DNA from: Octopus sinensis
Lineage: Eukaryota
DNA: 64,000 bases
Assembly (NCBI RefSeq): GCF_006345805.1
Contig: NC_043000.1
Span: forward strand, 18,104,001 to 18,168,000
Direction of reading: 5' to 3'
A program made the translations under genes and the position numbers. Shown one piece after another: positions 13,901-25,500 of this stretch (position 1 is the first letter of the stretch; every line of letters starts with the position of its first letter). Under the pieces are notes generated by a model. That model searched no databases. It was not told where the DNA came from and saw nothing but the letters and a program-made list of their open reading frames with translations.

Positions 13901-16900
13901 ACTCTAGTGTGGTTATTAACTGAGAATGATTAGGAAAAACTCATTTTGACATTCTTTTTGTTTGTGTGTTTTCTTTGCAGATAAGACCAATCCTATTGTT
14001 GTTGGTGTTGTTGGTCTTGGACACATACCTGGAATTGTACAGAACTGGGATAAAGACTGTGATATTAAAGAAATTATGAAGTAAGTATCTGGATCAATGC
14101 TTCTCGACCAGGGTCCATTGAATCCCTGGGAGTCCATATAAGATTTTTGTGGGTCCAAGCAAGCATAATAGTAAATTGGGTATCTTTGATAACTTTCAGT
14201 TAGTATAGGTCCAGGCCGTGTCTAACTTAATAGCACTACCTGGGTTCTACAATAGTATTTTAGGAATCCATGAAAAAGTTTTGTATCAGATGTATCTATC
14301 TTTGTGTGTTTGTACCATCCGTTCGTGGCCGTTTGCCAGCTCTGTCTGGCACCTGTGCAGGTGGCACGTAAAAAGCACCCTCTACACTCTCGGAGTGGTT
14401 GGTGTTAGGAAGGGCATCCAGCCATAGAAACACTACCAAATCTGACTGGGCCTGATGAAGCCTTCTGGCTTCACAGACCCCAGTTATACCGTCCAACCCA
14501 TGCTAGCATGGAAAACGGACGCTAAATGATGATGATGATGATGTATTTATTGCAAGAAACGATTACATAGTTCAACATGTTTCCGGCCACTGAAACGTAT
14601 TCTCTCAGAGAGGGCTATTGCAAACCTATACAAGTGAATAGATCTATAAACCTAGTGTTTAAACATCGAATGTATATAGGCGTAGGAGTGGCTGTGTGGT
14701 AAGTAGCTTGTTTACCAACCACATGGTTCCGGGTTCAGTCCCACTGCGTGGCACCTTGGGCAAGTGTCTTCTACTATAGCCTCGGGCCGACCAAAGCCTT
14801 GTGAGTGGATTTTGCAGACGGAAACTGAAAGAAGCCCGTCGTATATATGTGTATATATATATGTGTGAGTTTGTGTGTCTGTGTTTGTCCCCCTAGCATT
14901 GCTTGAGAACCGATGCTGGTGTGTTTATGTCCCCGTTACTTAGCGGTTCGGCAAAAGAGACCGATAGAATAAGTACTGGGCTTACAAAAAAAGAATAAGT
15001 CCTGGGTCGAGTTGCTCGATTAAAGGCGGTGCTCCAGCATGGCCGCAGTCAAATGACTGAAAGAAGTAAAAGAGTAAAAGAGTAAGAGGGGGTCCACCAG
15101 AGTAAAATGGTAACCTAAGGGATCCTAGAGTGGTTGAGAACCTCTGATCTAAATTTTTATAATTATTTCTAAGTGCTATAGTTTTCTCACTGCTGCAGTT
15201 TTCCCTTACTCTACCTGAGTTACCCTGCATCATACCACATTCCTGATAATGCACAAATTCAACTTCTCCACAAATTTTAATCTTTTTTGGTATTCTTTTT
15301 CAAATACATCCTTTAATTCAGCCTCCTTTGATCTTGGTGACTTCTTGTGTTCCTAAATGCTTATATCCATTCTCATCAATGACCTTTCTGCTGACCCTCA
15401 TCTGCTTCCAAGCAAGGGTATATATTTCCTTGGCCAGACATGTTTTCACAAAAGACTGGAAGTGAATGATATTGCTTGTGTGACGGTGATTCTTGCTTTC
15501 ACTCATCGTGTGATGCCAAGACGCACATACACACATGACCGGCTTCTTTCAAATCCACTCAAACGGCTTTGGTCAGCCTAGAGCTGTAGTTGAAAACACT
15601 TGTCTAAGGTACCATGCAATAGAACTGAACCTGAAACTATGTGGTTGGGAAGTGGACTTCATAACTATATAACCATGTCTATACCTATACTTCATTCTGA
15701 ACTCCATTCCTCTATCCTTGCTAAATAAATTGTCAGCTTTAGATTAAAGAATCTATCTTTGCAAAGAGTTTATGATCATTTATGAACAAAACCATTCACT
15801 GCATTCCGCTTCCCTTCCTTTCTCTCCCATGGCATGCTTGTGAACTCCCTTCTCATGTTACATTCACCTCTCTCTGACTGGGGTAACCATGTTTCTCCTT
15901 TGCAGGAAGACACTTGTTTCTGTCACTCTATCATAGTTTAACCTCTCATCACCTGGCACAAAGCAACCTCACTCAATACCACACCCCCTCTCAGTTAAGA
16001 GATCTTTGTCTTGTAGGTTACTTGGTGACTTTGCTGGTACTGGTGCCATGTAAAAAGCACCTACCACACTCTATAAAGTGGTTAGCATTAAAACGGCATC
16101 CAGTTGTAGAAGCCATACCAAAGCAAACAATAGAGCTTGCCACAGTCCTCTGGCTTGCCAGCTCTTGTCAAGTCGTCCACCTCATGTCAGCATGAAAGAC
16201 ACGTCTGATAATAATGATGATCATGTTAGCATTATTATTTGCTTTGTGAAGGCAGTGAGCAGGTAAAATCATTAACACACCAGGTATTTCATCTGTTTCT
16301 GCATTCTGAGTTTAAATTTTGCCTCAGTCGACTTTGCCTTTCATATTTTGGGGGTCAATAAAACAAGTACCAATTGAGCACTGGCAAAGATTTAATTGAC
16401 TAACCCCACTTCCTTAAAATTTCAGGCCTTTTGCCTATAATAGAAAATATTAATATTGTTATTATCATCCATAAGGCGCAGGAATGGCTGTGTGGTAAGT
16501 AGCTTGCTTACTAACCACATGGTTCTGGGTTCAGTCCCACTGCATGGCACCTTGGGCAAGTGTCTTCTACTATAGCTTTGGGCCGACCAGTCTTGTGTGT
16601 GGATTTGGTAGACGGAAACTGAAAGAAGCCCGTCGTATATATGTATATATATATACATATATACGACAGGCTTCTTGTGTGTGTGTTTGTCCCCCCAACA
16701 TCGCTTGACAACCGACGCTGGTCTGTTTACGCCCCCGTAACTTAGCGGTTCGGCAAGAGAGACCGATAGAATAAGTACTAGGCTTACAAAGAATAAGTCC
16801 TGGGGTCGATTTGCTCGACTAAAGGCAGTGCTCCAGCGTGGTCGCAGTCAAATGACTGAAACAAATAAAAGAGTAAGGTGGCAAGTGACAGAATGGTTAC

Positions 16901-17287
16901 CACCACACCAGTCAAAATGCTTATCACCATTTCTTTTGGTTCTACATTCCGAATTCAAATTCTGCTGAGGTTGACTTCGCCTTTCATCCTTTCAGACTTG
17001 GTGAAATAAGTACCAGTTGCTCGCTGGGGGGGTGATGTAACTAGTAATCCCCCAGCCTCCCAAAATTTCAGGCCTTGTGCCAGAAGTAGAGAGGATTATT
17101 TTTTGTTTTGTGTCAATGTTTGTTTTCATGTCTTTTCATTTTTTTTATTATTTGTTTTTATTTCAGGTGTCCACCACCATCAATTGCTGGCCGCTTGTTT
17201 CGCTGGACGTTCCGTGCTTCCCTGATTGGCATATTCTCCTGGGGGTGCTATCGATTCTACAAATGGACAGTCGCCAATGTCAGTTGA
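737..17287 (+). CDS. TRABD: TraB domain-containing protein, 6 coding exons in window, 5' part outside window (256 aa + stop)
   Basis: Exons 737-877, 3570-3680, 3816-3955, 7679-7836, 13981-14080 and 17167-17287 splice in frame (771 nt; intron phases 0,0,2,1,2) with GT-AG ends. Motifs VELCSSR, GMAPGGEFRRA, LGDRPIQVTLRRA, VFVEERD and VVGVVGLGHIPG are TraB/PrgY-family hallmarks. There is a C-terminal hydrophobic tail. Confidence 0.93.
1728..2120 (-). mobile_element. RTE-type 3' end (family D) with internal ~60-70 bp subrepeats; similar copies at about 3123-3305(-), 9630-10120(+), 14310-14545(+), 24090-24460(+), 25605-25800(+), 27687-28032(-), 35052-35450(-) and 52565-52797(-)
   Basis: Shared CACTACACTCTCGGAGTGGTTGGCGTTAGGAAGGGCATCCAGC...CATGCTAGCATGGAAA...(GAT)n. 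Confidence 0.8.
3570..3680 (+). CDS. TRABD: TRABD exon: SGVVQG...GMAPGGEFRRAFKE
   Basis: tttcag|AGT ... GAG|gtatgt; 111 nt. Confidence 0.93.
3816..3955 (+). CDS. TRABD: TRABD exon: ALNIPGCDFHLGDRPIQVTLRRA...TKEPI
   Basis: ttgtag|GCA ... AC|gtgagt; 140 nt; missed by ORF track. Confidence 0.93.
4187..4606 (-). mobile_element. tRNA-derived SINE family A (~400 bp, CORE-like segment, central (TA/CA)n, (GAGTAAAA)n tail)
   Basis: Head GGCGCAGGAGTGGCTGTGTGGTAAG...GGTTCAGTCCC, then CCTTGGGCAAGTGTCTT resembling the CORE-SINE domain. About 20 full or partial copies occur in the window. Confidence 0.85.
4607..6613 (+). repeat. Higher-order tandem array (5 units, about 280-400 bp) of an RTE-type 3' region, ending in the (GAT)n tail
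   Basis: Unit starts at about 4629, 4911, 5308, 5688 and 6033; nested 33-bp and ~60-bp subrepeats and (AAATC)n; terminal CCAACCCATGCTAGCATGGAAAACGGACG..(GAT)n. Confidence 0.9.
7156..7578 (+). mobile_element. Helentron-associated (HINE/DINE-1-like) non-autonomous element; 3' fragment of a relative at about 31730-31890
   Basis: 5' ACTAG...CCCGGCATTGCCTGGG; 3' GTCAAGTTTTATCAGAATCGG...(ACAG)n...TTTATATATAGA. Confidence 0.55.
7679..7836 (+). CDS. TRABD: TRABD exon: KEDVEMCKQKDLLEQML...ERDIFLAYSL...PE
   Basis: poly-T cag|G ... A|gtgagt; 158 nt. Confidence 0.92.
7891..8276 (+). mobile_element. tRNA-derived SINE family B (~385 bp), full length
   Basis: A box TGGCCCAGTGG, B box GGTTTCGATTCC; 13-bp TSD AATCTTTCATCTT (7878-7890 / 8277-8289). 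Confidence 0.9.
9227..9605 (+). mobile_element. SINE family A copy
   Basis: Collinear with other family A copies. Confidence 0.85.
10637..11064 (-). mobile_element. SINE family A copy
   Basis: Collinear with other family A copies; inverted relative to the 9227 and 11645 copies. Confidence 0.85.
11645..12047 (+). mobile_element. SINE family A copy
   Basis: Collinear with other family A copies. Confidence 0.85.
12274..12657 (+). mobile_element. SINE family B copy
   Basis: Collinear with 7891-8276; TSD unclear. Confidence 0.85.
13089..13565 (+). mobile_element. SINE family C copy interrupted by an inverted family C copy (13221-13455)
   Basis: 13-bp TSD TTAAATAAGTACC at 13208-13220 and 13456-13468. 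Confidence 0.85.
13981..14080 (+). CDS. TRABD: TRABD exon: NKTNPIVVGVVGLGHIPGIVQNW...IM
   Basis: ttgcag|AT ... AA|gtaagt; 100 nt. Confidence 0.92.
14095..15146. mobile_element. Old hAT-type MITE of the same family, expanded by nested family D and family A insertions
   Basis: Ends CAATGCTTCTCGACCA / TGGTTGAGAACCTCTG; flanks ATCTGGAT / ATCTAAAT (6/8 match). Confidence 0.5.
14677..15084 (+). mobile_element. SINE family A copy
   Basis: Collinear with other family A copies. Confidence 0.85.
16474..16875 (+). mobile_element. SINE family A copy
   Basis: Collinear with other family A copies. Confidence 0.85.
17167..17287 (+). CDS. TRABD: TRABD last coding exon: CPPPSIAGRLFRWTFRASLIGIFSWGCYRFYKWTVANVS*
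   Basis: tttcag|G; TGA at 17285-17287; the hydrophobic stretch fits a C-terminal membrane anchor. Confidence 0.85.
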
Positions 17288-17669
17288 GAAGGAGTCTTCA
17301 TATTCAGACCTCTGTGCTGAGTGTTTTCGCTCTAATGTTCTCAGCGCTCACTCACATGACAATTGCTTGACAATGGTCCAATAACCTTCTCCTTGCAGCT
17401 CTAATGTGTCTCGGTTGAAGTCACTCAACTAAAGTCATTCTAACTTTTAGTTATCTCCCCTTCCTCCAATCATTTTTTTTCTCTCTAACATTACCATAAT
17501 GTCATTGACTGACCATGCGACAATGACAAAAAGGTCTTTGACAAACATTTACCCTAAAAATACATGTACCACATCAGTCAGGCATCATGGCAGATTACAT
17601 ATGGTTTTCATCAAAATTATTAAATTTCTTTTCAGTTATTAAACAATTAACCAAAGAATTACTATTATC

Positions 17670-19040
17670 AGGGCAATGGATTGGCAGAATTGGTTGACCA
17701 GTAAGACAAAAAAAAAAAAAATGCCTTGTGGTATTTATTTATGTCCCTTCCATTATTGTGAGTTCAAATCCACTAGGGTTGGTTTTTACCTTTCATCCTT
17801 CTGGGTTTGATAAAATAAGTTCACGTGAAATACTGGAGGATATAGATGTAATCAATTATATCTTTCCCCTCAAATTTGTCGCATTTTGCCTAATTCAGCG
17901 ATTGTTATCATCACCATCAACATAATAATTAATCCTGTGCTGATAGATCATGAAGTGGCTGTAAGTTTCTAGCAAATCACTTCAGACTTGATTTTCTTGT
18001 TGAGGTTATTTCATTTATATTTCTAATGCTTGAGGGAACGGCAAGAATCCTACACATTCTTGTTGCTTCCTCTTCCATAAATTTTTTTAAATGACCCAAC
18101 TTATTAATAGGGGTATGGCAAGGCAAGTGGATAGGCTACCAGCTGTCTAGTCATGATTATTTGTAAATTTTATCTCATTACTGACATACCATGCTCCCAA
18201 GACAGCTAACTCTATTCGCCTAACTTGCTTATTGTTTATTCTTAGAGGGTGGTGGATTAATCAGAATAGAGTGTTGGACAAAACATCTTGCAGCATTTAG
18301 TGACATCCTTTTACATTTTTAGATTGAACCTCAATGAGATGGGCTTTTCTTTTCATCCTTAAAGAGTTGATAAAATAAGTACCAGTCAATTACCGAGTTT
18401 GATTAAATGGACTGAAAACTTGTGGCTATGTTAGAAATCATCATTAATATTATTATTAAAGCGGTGGGTTGCAGAATCACCAAACTATCAGAAAATATGC
18501 CTTTACATTCAAAGCACTTTTGTAAGGTCCCTTTACCTTTGTCTTCTGATGAAGTTGGGTGGGGCAATTTCCCCACCTCTCCAATTTATGGTCTCATGCC
18601 TATGTTAAATTAATTCATGAGTAGTTCTTTGACAGAATCGTTAAAAGTATTGGACAAAATTCTTTTGCAGTATTTGTTCCTGCTTGTTACGTTCTGAGTT
18701 CAAAGCCTGCTGAGATCAACTTTACTTTTCATTCTTCCAGGGGCATTAAAGTAAAGTACCGGTGAAGTACAGAGGTTGTTGTAATCAACTAGCTCCTCCC
18801 ACCAAATTTCTGGCCTTGTGCCTATATTTAAAAGTAATTAATAGGGCAATGGAATGCTGAACATAAATACACCTTCAGGTACATTCCTATAGATTTTAAA
18901 TTCAAATTCTGTCAAGGTTGGCTTTGCCTGTCATTCTTGTGGGATTGATAAAATAAAGTTTAGTCATGTATAGAGTAATTTCAAATGACTATATCTCTCC
19001 CCTTATAAATTTGTGCCCTTCTGTCATTTTAAGAAACCAT
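17670..19040 (+). mobile_element. Cluster of about 5 heavily decayed, co-oriented family C copies downstream of the TRABD stop
   Basis: Recurring remnants: GAGTTCAAA, TTTCATCCTT...GATAAAATAAGTAC, CAAATTT..GCCTTGTGCC. Confidence 0.55.
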
Positions 19041-20094
19041 CATTTATTAATGTGATGAATTAAATAAATGGCTTGTGAGTCAATATCCTATAATAGGCAG
19101 GTATCACATTTGTTTTTTTAGATTTAAGCCATTTCAGAAATCTTCAATAATTTCATTATTTATTTTGGAAACTTCTGTGTTTAAATAATTATTCACATTT
19201 CTTTTTCCTCTCATTCTTTGGTCTCTATTCCCACCTTCAGAATAGTCCTTAAAGATTCAACATTGAAAATAAAAAAATCCCCTTTTCACTTGCTACCCTA
19301 ATTTGTGATGAATTTTCAAGCAGTCACCCTTTTGAGTATGCATGTATTTTGGTGGAAAGTTACTTACTGCTCTCTAGTGATTTTTTTCCATGCCAACAAC
19401 ACCTCAGTCTATCAATACATGTACTGATTTTCTTACAAGAAAATTATTTCAAGAAATGTAAAGGAGGATAAAAAAAAAAAAATCTGTTTTGGTCTTTTTT
19501 TTTTTTTTACCTCTCTCTCTCTCTCTTCCAGAAGAAATAAAATGTCTATGATTTTGTCAACTTTTATCAATCAGAAAGTGTTATGTTTTCAGTCATAAGA
19601 AGTTGTGTGTTGTTTTAGTTATATTTTCTAGCATACAAATTGATGTAGTATATAGCGTAAACATGTGTAAACATTCAAATATTGTCACTGTCTTTTCACA
19701 TCTTACTGCATTTCATATGCCATCTTTGGTCCTCTAAAGTTGTTTTAGTGTATAAGTCAACCTACCTTTTTGGATGGTAGATTTGGCTCTGAAAAAGTCA
19801 ACTTGTATACCGGAAAATATGGTACTTAACAGAGGTAAATATTACCTAAGTTCAATTTTATTAACCATTCTAAAAGAAATGTGAGATAAATTATATAACG
19901 AGATGACAGGTATAAATGATTATCTTATGAACATTGTTAGCTTACAGCTGTTTCCGCTATATGGTGGACTCCTAGTTGAGTTCCTGAGTAACACCTTACA
20001 GTTTCATCAAAGCTTCATGTTTAAAGCTGATGAAGTTCATAAGATAATCGTTTAAACCTTTGCTGTCTCTTTTATTACCACTCTCTCTTTTATC

Positions 20095-20479
20095 TCTCCT
20101 TTACTTGTTTCAGTTATTTGACTGCGGCCATGCTGGAGCACCGCCTTTAGTTGAGCAACTCGACCCCGGGACTTATTCTTTTGTAAGCCCAGTACTTATT
20201 CTATCGGTCTCTTTTGCTGAACCGCTAAGTAACGGGGACATAAACACACCACCATCGGTTGTCAAGCAATGCTAGGGGGATAACACAGACACACATGCAT
20301 ATATATACATATATACGACGGGCTTCTTTCAGTTTCCGTCTACCAAATCCACTCACAAGGCTTTGGTCGGCCTGAGGCTATAGTAAAAGACACTTGCCCA
20401 AGGTGCCACGCAGTGGGACTGAACCCGGAACCATGTGGTTGGTAAACAAGCTACTTACCACACAGCCACTCCTGTGCCT
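20095..20479 (-). mobile_element. SINE family A copy
   Basis: Collinear with other family A copies. Confidence 0.85.
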
Positions 20480-20912
20480 GTACTCGACTAACACGTTCAC
20501 AGACATATGTATATTGAGTTCTATACCAGGTTATTAGTATTGCAATGTCTAAGTGAAATATTATCATCGTCTAACGTCTGCTTTCCATGCTAGCATGGGT
20601 TGGACGATTTGACTGAGGACTGGCGAACGAGATAGCTGCACCAGACTCCAATCTTAATCTGGCAGAGTTTCTACAGTTGGATATGCCTTCCTAACACCAA
20701 CCACTCCGAGAGTTTAGTGGGTGCTTTTACGTGCCACTGGCATGAGAGCCAATATATTTATGAAGATTAACCTTTGTTTCTTTATAGCCAATACTCAGTT
20801 TTGTGTCAGCCAAACATGTTCGTTTCTGTTTAGTATCACAAATTCAATGTAGCTGAAACTTCCATTGTGTTTACAGACAAGTTGATGATCAGTTGATTAT
20901 TATTCAGCGTTC

Positions 20913-21286
20913 GGAGGCACAATGGCCCAGTGGTTAGGGCAGCGGACTCGCGGTTTCGATTCCCAGACCGGGCGTTGTGAGTGTTTATTGAGCGAAAACA
21001 CCTAAAGCTCCACGAGGCTCCGGCAGGGGGTGGTGGTGATCCCTGCTGTACTCTTTCACCACAACTTTCTCTCACTCTTACTTCCTGTTTCTATTGTACC
21101 TGTATTTTTTCAAAGGGCTGGCCTTGTCACTCTCTGTGTCATGCTGAATATCCCCGAGAACTACGTTAAGGGTGCACGTGTCTGTGGAGTGCTCAGCCAC
21201 TTACACGTTAATTTCACGAGCAGGCTGTTCCATTGGTCGGATCAACCGGAACCCTCATCGTCGTAACCGACAGAGTGCTTCCATCC
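20913..21286 (+). mobile_element. SINE family B copy
   Basis: 14-bp TSD ATTATTCAG(C/T)GTTC with 1 mismatch. Confidence 0.9.
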
Positions 21287-22372
21287 ATTATTCAGTGTTC
21301 ATTACTCTATTTTTAGTTCACCAGATGTAATTTATAATTTTTCGGCACAGCTGAAGACTGCCGGGCTGTGTGAAACTGAGTAATGACTTTGATAGAGCAA
21401 TTATCCCCCCACACACACACACAAAAGAAAAGCTACACATTTAGGTTGTGTGCAACTCCAAATTACAAATACTGTGTCATTATCATTGTTTCAACATCCA
21501 CTTTTCTTGTACTTTCATGGGTCAAAATGGAATTCATTGAGGCAGATTTTCTCTGGTCAGATGCCCTTTCTGTTGCCAACCTTCATCTATTTCCAAGCAA
21601 GCTAATGTTTATCCGTGGCTAAACAACACCACTTACATGACAGTGATGCTCATTTACGACTATAGTGTCAAGGCAAGGAGACAAACATGCATGTGCACCA
21701 ACCGATCATGGCCATTGCCAGCCTCCTCTGGCCCGTGCCGGTCTCTCTGTCTAAAATTCAATTACAAGGATTTGGTTGACCCAAGGCTATAATCAAAGAC
21801 ACTTGCCAAAGGTGATGCAGCATGGGATCCAACCTGAAACCATGTAATTGTAAAGCCAACTTAATCACAGAGTCAAGAATATATTACCTGGTATATCCTT
21901 AGAAATATATTACCTGGTTTAACACACATCCCTGTCAGGGGATATCTTTCTTTTCTCACACCTCTCTCTAAGACTTTTATGGATAAGCTGCAGCCTGCAG
22001 GACTTTCTGAATGGCATGCCCTATGAAAAATTGAAATTTTTTTTAGTAGTGTGGCCCACTTGAAAATGAGCCATGTCTCATGTGGCTCACTTGGAAAAGT
22101 TACCCATGCTGGATTTAAGACCTTGAGAATAAATAAAGCCAATAAGGAAGCCTTTATATGGCCCCTTGACTTAACAGATATCAAATCACATTCAATTATC
22201 TTTTAAAAATAAAGTTGGGATGTTCATAATTGGAACAGCTTTCATCATATGTCTGTTTGATAAAAACTGACTTGGGTATGTGTGTGGGAAATCTAAGTAA
22301 CAACAACAACAGAACTATAGGTCCATTTGTTTTTAATATAAAATGTCAACTGCACCAAAATTATGCACCCAC

Positions 22373-22521
22373 TCACTGCTGAGAATACCATTTCTTAGAT
22401 CTGTTAACAGCTCTTTCCCATGTGCGGAAGATATTTTTATACTTGTTCCATTTTTTCTGAGGTGTATATACCCGATCACAGCCTCGTAGTTTGAACAATT
22501 CTTCTTTACATTTCCAAATAC
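22373..22521 (-). CDS. GK5: GK5 last coding exon: [13 protein letters not shown]...[15 protein letters not shown]
   Basis: ttgcag|GT; TGA at 22375-22373; 149 nt (the ORF track shows another frame). Confidence 0.92.
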
Positions 22522-25500
22522 CTGCAAAATAAACAAATCTTTATAAAATATCTTATAACTATATATTTGTAACATTACACCTATTCTGTTTGCTCTTGAG
22601 CAAAGCTCATGATTCTACCTGCTCCAATTACCTGACTGCTACAAGTAATTCCTCAACTACTTTATGGTTGAGGAGTTTGCAGAAAATAGGGCAACAATTA
22701 ACTGTAAAACCAATTGCTCCTACAGAAGTAATCATCCTACCTTTGCATACCTGGCAAAAAAAAAAATGCAAAGGGAGAAAAGAAAGGATTTAGAATGTCT
22801 ACAGGGCTTCTTAGATACATGGCAAGTCCATTGTGAATGGAGACTATTCTAGATGAGTCTATCTTCTATGTATACCCACATCAAAATTGCATAAAAAAAT
22901 ACTGGATGTTGCTGCAGATATTGATCAGAAAAGATAACAGGGAATATATGGTCATACTATCTTTCAGCTGATTAGAAGCTTTCTCATCAAAACAGTCCTA
23001 TGAGGGTCATTTGACCAAGAAGTAGCAACCAAATATCTTTTAAATAACAATCTTAAAATTAGGGACATTGAATAATGTAACGCCAGGTATACATAATATC
23101 TAAAATAAAAATAGGAGGATCACATCTAGAATGCATAAAACACATGGCTGTACAATTTGAGCCCCGTCCCACCATCAAAAAATGAAACTATTCTCTTTTA
23201 CTTGTTTCAGTCATTTGACTGTGGCCAGGCTGGAGCACCACCTTTAGTCAAGCAAATTGACCCCAGGACTTATTCTTTGTAAGCCTAGTACTTATTCTAT
23301 CGGTCTCTTTTGCTGAACTGCTAAATTACAGGGACGTAACATACCATCGGTTGTCAAGCGATGTTGGGGGGGGGGGACAAACACACAAACATATACACAC
23401 ACACACATATATATACATATATACGATGGGCTTCTTTCAGTTTCCATCTAAATCCACTCACAAGGCTTTGGTTGGCACAGGGCTATAGTAGAAGACACCC
23501 AAGGTGCCACGCAGTGGGACTGAACCTGGATCCATGTGGTTGGTAAGCAAGCTACTTACCACACAGCCACTCCTACGCCTATGATAAAATTCATTTTTAT
23601 ATACTGTCCCTACTTTCTGTACCCTTGTCAATAAGGGCATGTACCTTCATCTAGCTGGACTGAAACAAAGACAGTATGGTCCCATGCTTGGGAGTATAAC
23701 ACTAAAGCGATAGCAAGTCTGAACATATGATCATGTGTGGCCACAGCTGTTTAAAGTAATGGCTAGGAAATAAAAAAAAATGGAAATATTTAGTACCATG
23801 ACCGAGTCCAGCCAGAAACGCTACACCAAGGTTTGTCATGTCTGTAAATTTTGACTTTTCAATCACTTGGCTTGTGAGGTCTGACATCAGTTGCAGCACG
23901 AACCTGTTGTTGGAGACACCACCATTGACTCTGAAGAGAAAAGAAAGGAAATGTTATGATACCTTCATTACGTTCAGGTGTAACAAAACTTGGTATCTAT
24001 CTACTGCTCAATCTAGATAATATAGAATTTATTTTACACGTTATTAAAATAGCTCAGCTTGGCTTCATAATTTTGCTTGATATGGCTATATCAAGTAAGC
24101 GAACCATCCGATTGTGGCCGTTGCCAGCGCCGCCCCGTCTGGCCTCCGTGCCGGTGGCATGTAAACGCACCATCCGTTTGTGTCCGTTGCCAGCCTTGCC
24201 TGGCCCCCATGCCGGTGGCACGTAAAAGCACCTTCCGTTCGTGGCCGTTTGCCAGCCTTGCCTGGCACCTGTGCGGGTGGCACGTAAAAAGCACCCACTA
24301 CACTCACAGAGTGGTTGGCGTTAGGAAGGACATCCAGCTGTAGAAACATTGCCAGATAAGACTGGAGCCTGGTGCAGCCTTCTGGCTTCACCGACCCCAG
24401 TTGAACCGTTCAACCCATGCTAGCATGGAAAACGGACGCTAAATGATGATGATGATGATGGCTGGTGTCATTCCAAGTTAGTGGTTCCAGAGGTATCATC
24501 ATGTGTAGAGCCAACCAGGTCCAACACTGCTTTCCATCACTGGCATTAGAACTCAAAAACATGAGCATATACAGGGTGTCCCAGAAGTCGTGCACCACCC
24601 TGGTTTTTTAAAAGAATACACCCTTATTGATTTCAAAAACACTTTATTGAAATTAATCATAACAAATGCTCAAATTGAACACCCTCTACAATATAATATA
24701 ATAAAATAAAATGCTTTAATTATTTTAAATGTAAACCAGAATGTGCATGACTTCTGGGACACCCTGTATATTTTACCAATTACAATTAATATGTGTATAT
24801 ACACAAACACATTGATTGTAATTGGTAAAATGCTCATGCTTTGAGTTCCAATTTCCTGTTTACATTACCAAACCAACACACACAAACACAAGTATACATA
24901 TTTGTTTGAAGCTGACGATTAANNNNNNNNNNNNNNNNNNNNNNNNNNNNNNNNNNNNNNNNNNNNNNNNNNNNNNNNNNNNNNNNNNNNNNNNNNNNNN
25001 NNNNNNNNNNNNNNNNNNNNNNTCCTTCAAGGGAAATTCTGAAATTTTAGATGTATTCTTGTCAGCTTATTTGGCGCTGAGTGTAACCTTATTCTTCTTA
25101 AGGCATTTGTACAATTTACTTTTTTTTAAACTTACATGTCTATTTACGTGTGTGTTTTTACACAAATGTGTAGTGGACAAATAGTCCATGCCAGTTATAT
25201 TAAATCTGATAGGTGGCGAGCTGGCAAAATCTTTAGCACGTCGGGTGAAATGCTTAGCGGTATTTCGTCTGTCGCTACGTTCTGAGTTCAAATTCCGCCG
25301 AGGTCGACTTTGCCTTTCATCCTTTCAGGGTTGATAAATATAGTACCAGTTTCGCACTGGGGTCGTTGTAATCGACTTAATCCCTTGTTTGTCCCCTCTA
25401 TGTTTAGCCCCTTGTGGGCAATAAAGAAAAATATATATTAAATCTGATAGATTTCATAAGATTGGAAGCATCAATCCATGTTTTTGATTGGACAGTTTCA

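Noticed and set aside
21873-22184. 103-aa minus-strand ORF downstream of GK5
   Set aside because: No recognisable domain. It overlaps a decayed hAT-like end and the probable 3'UTR.
22333-22575. ORF-track protein MLQIYSYK...GAVDILY
   Set aside because: It is the wrong frame of the GK5 last exon.
22631-22750. Strong-looking minus-strand acceptor (T-run CCAG at 22751) and a stop-free 39-codon stretch in the last GK5 intron
   Set aside because: In the GK5 phase it gives G-M-Q-R-stop and removes the conserved C-terminus, and the open frame has no GK similarity. There is no support without RNA data.
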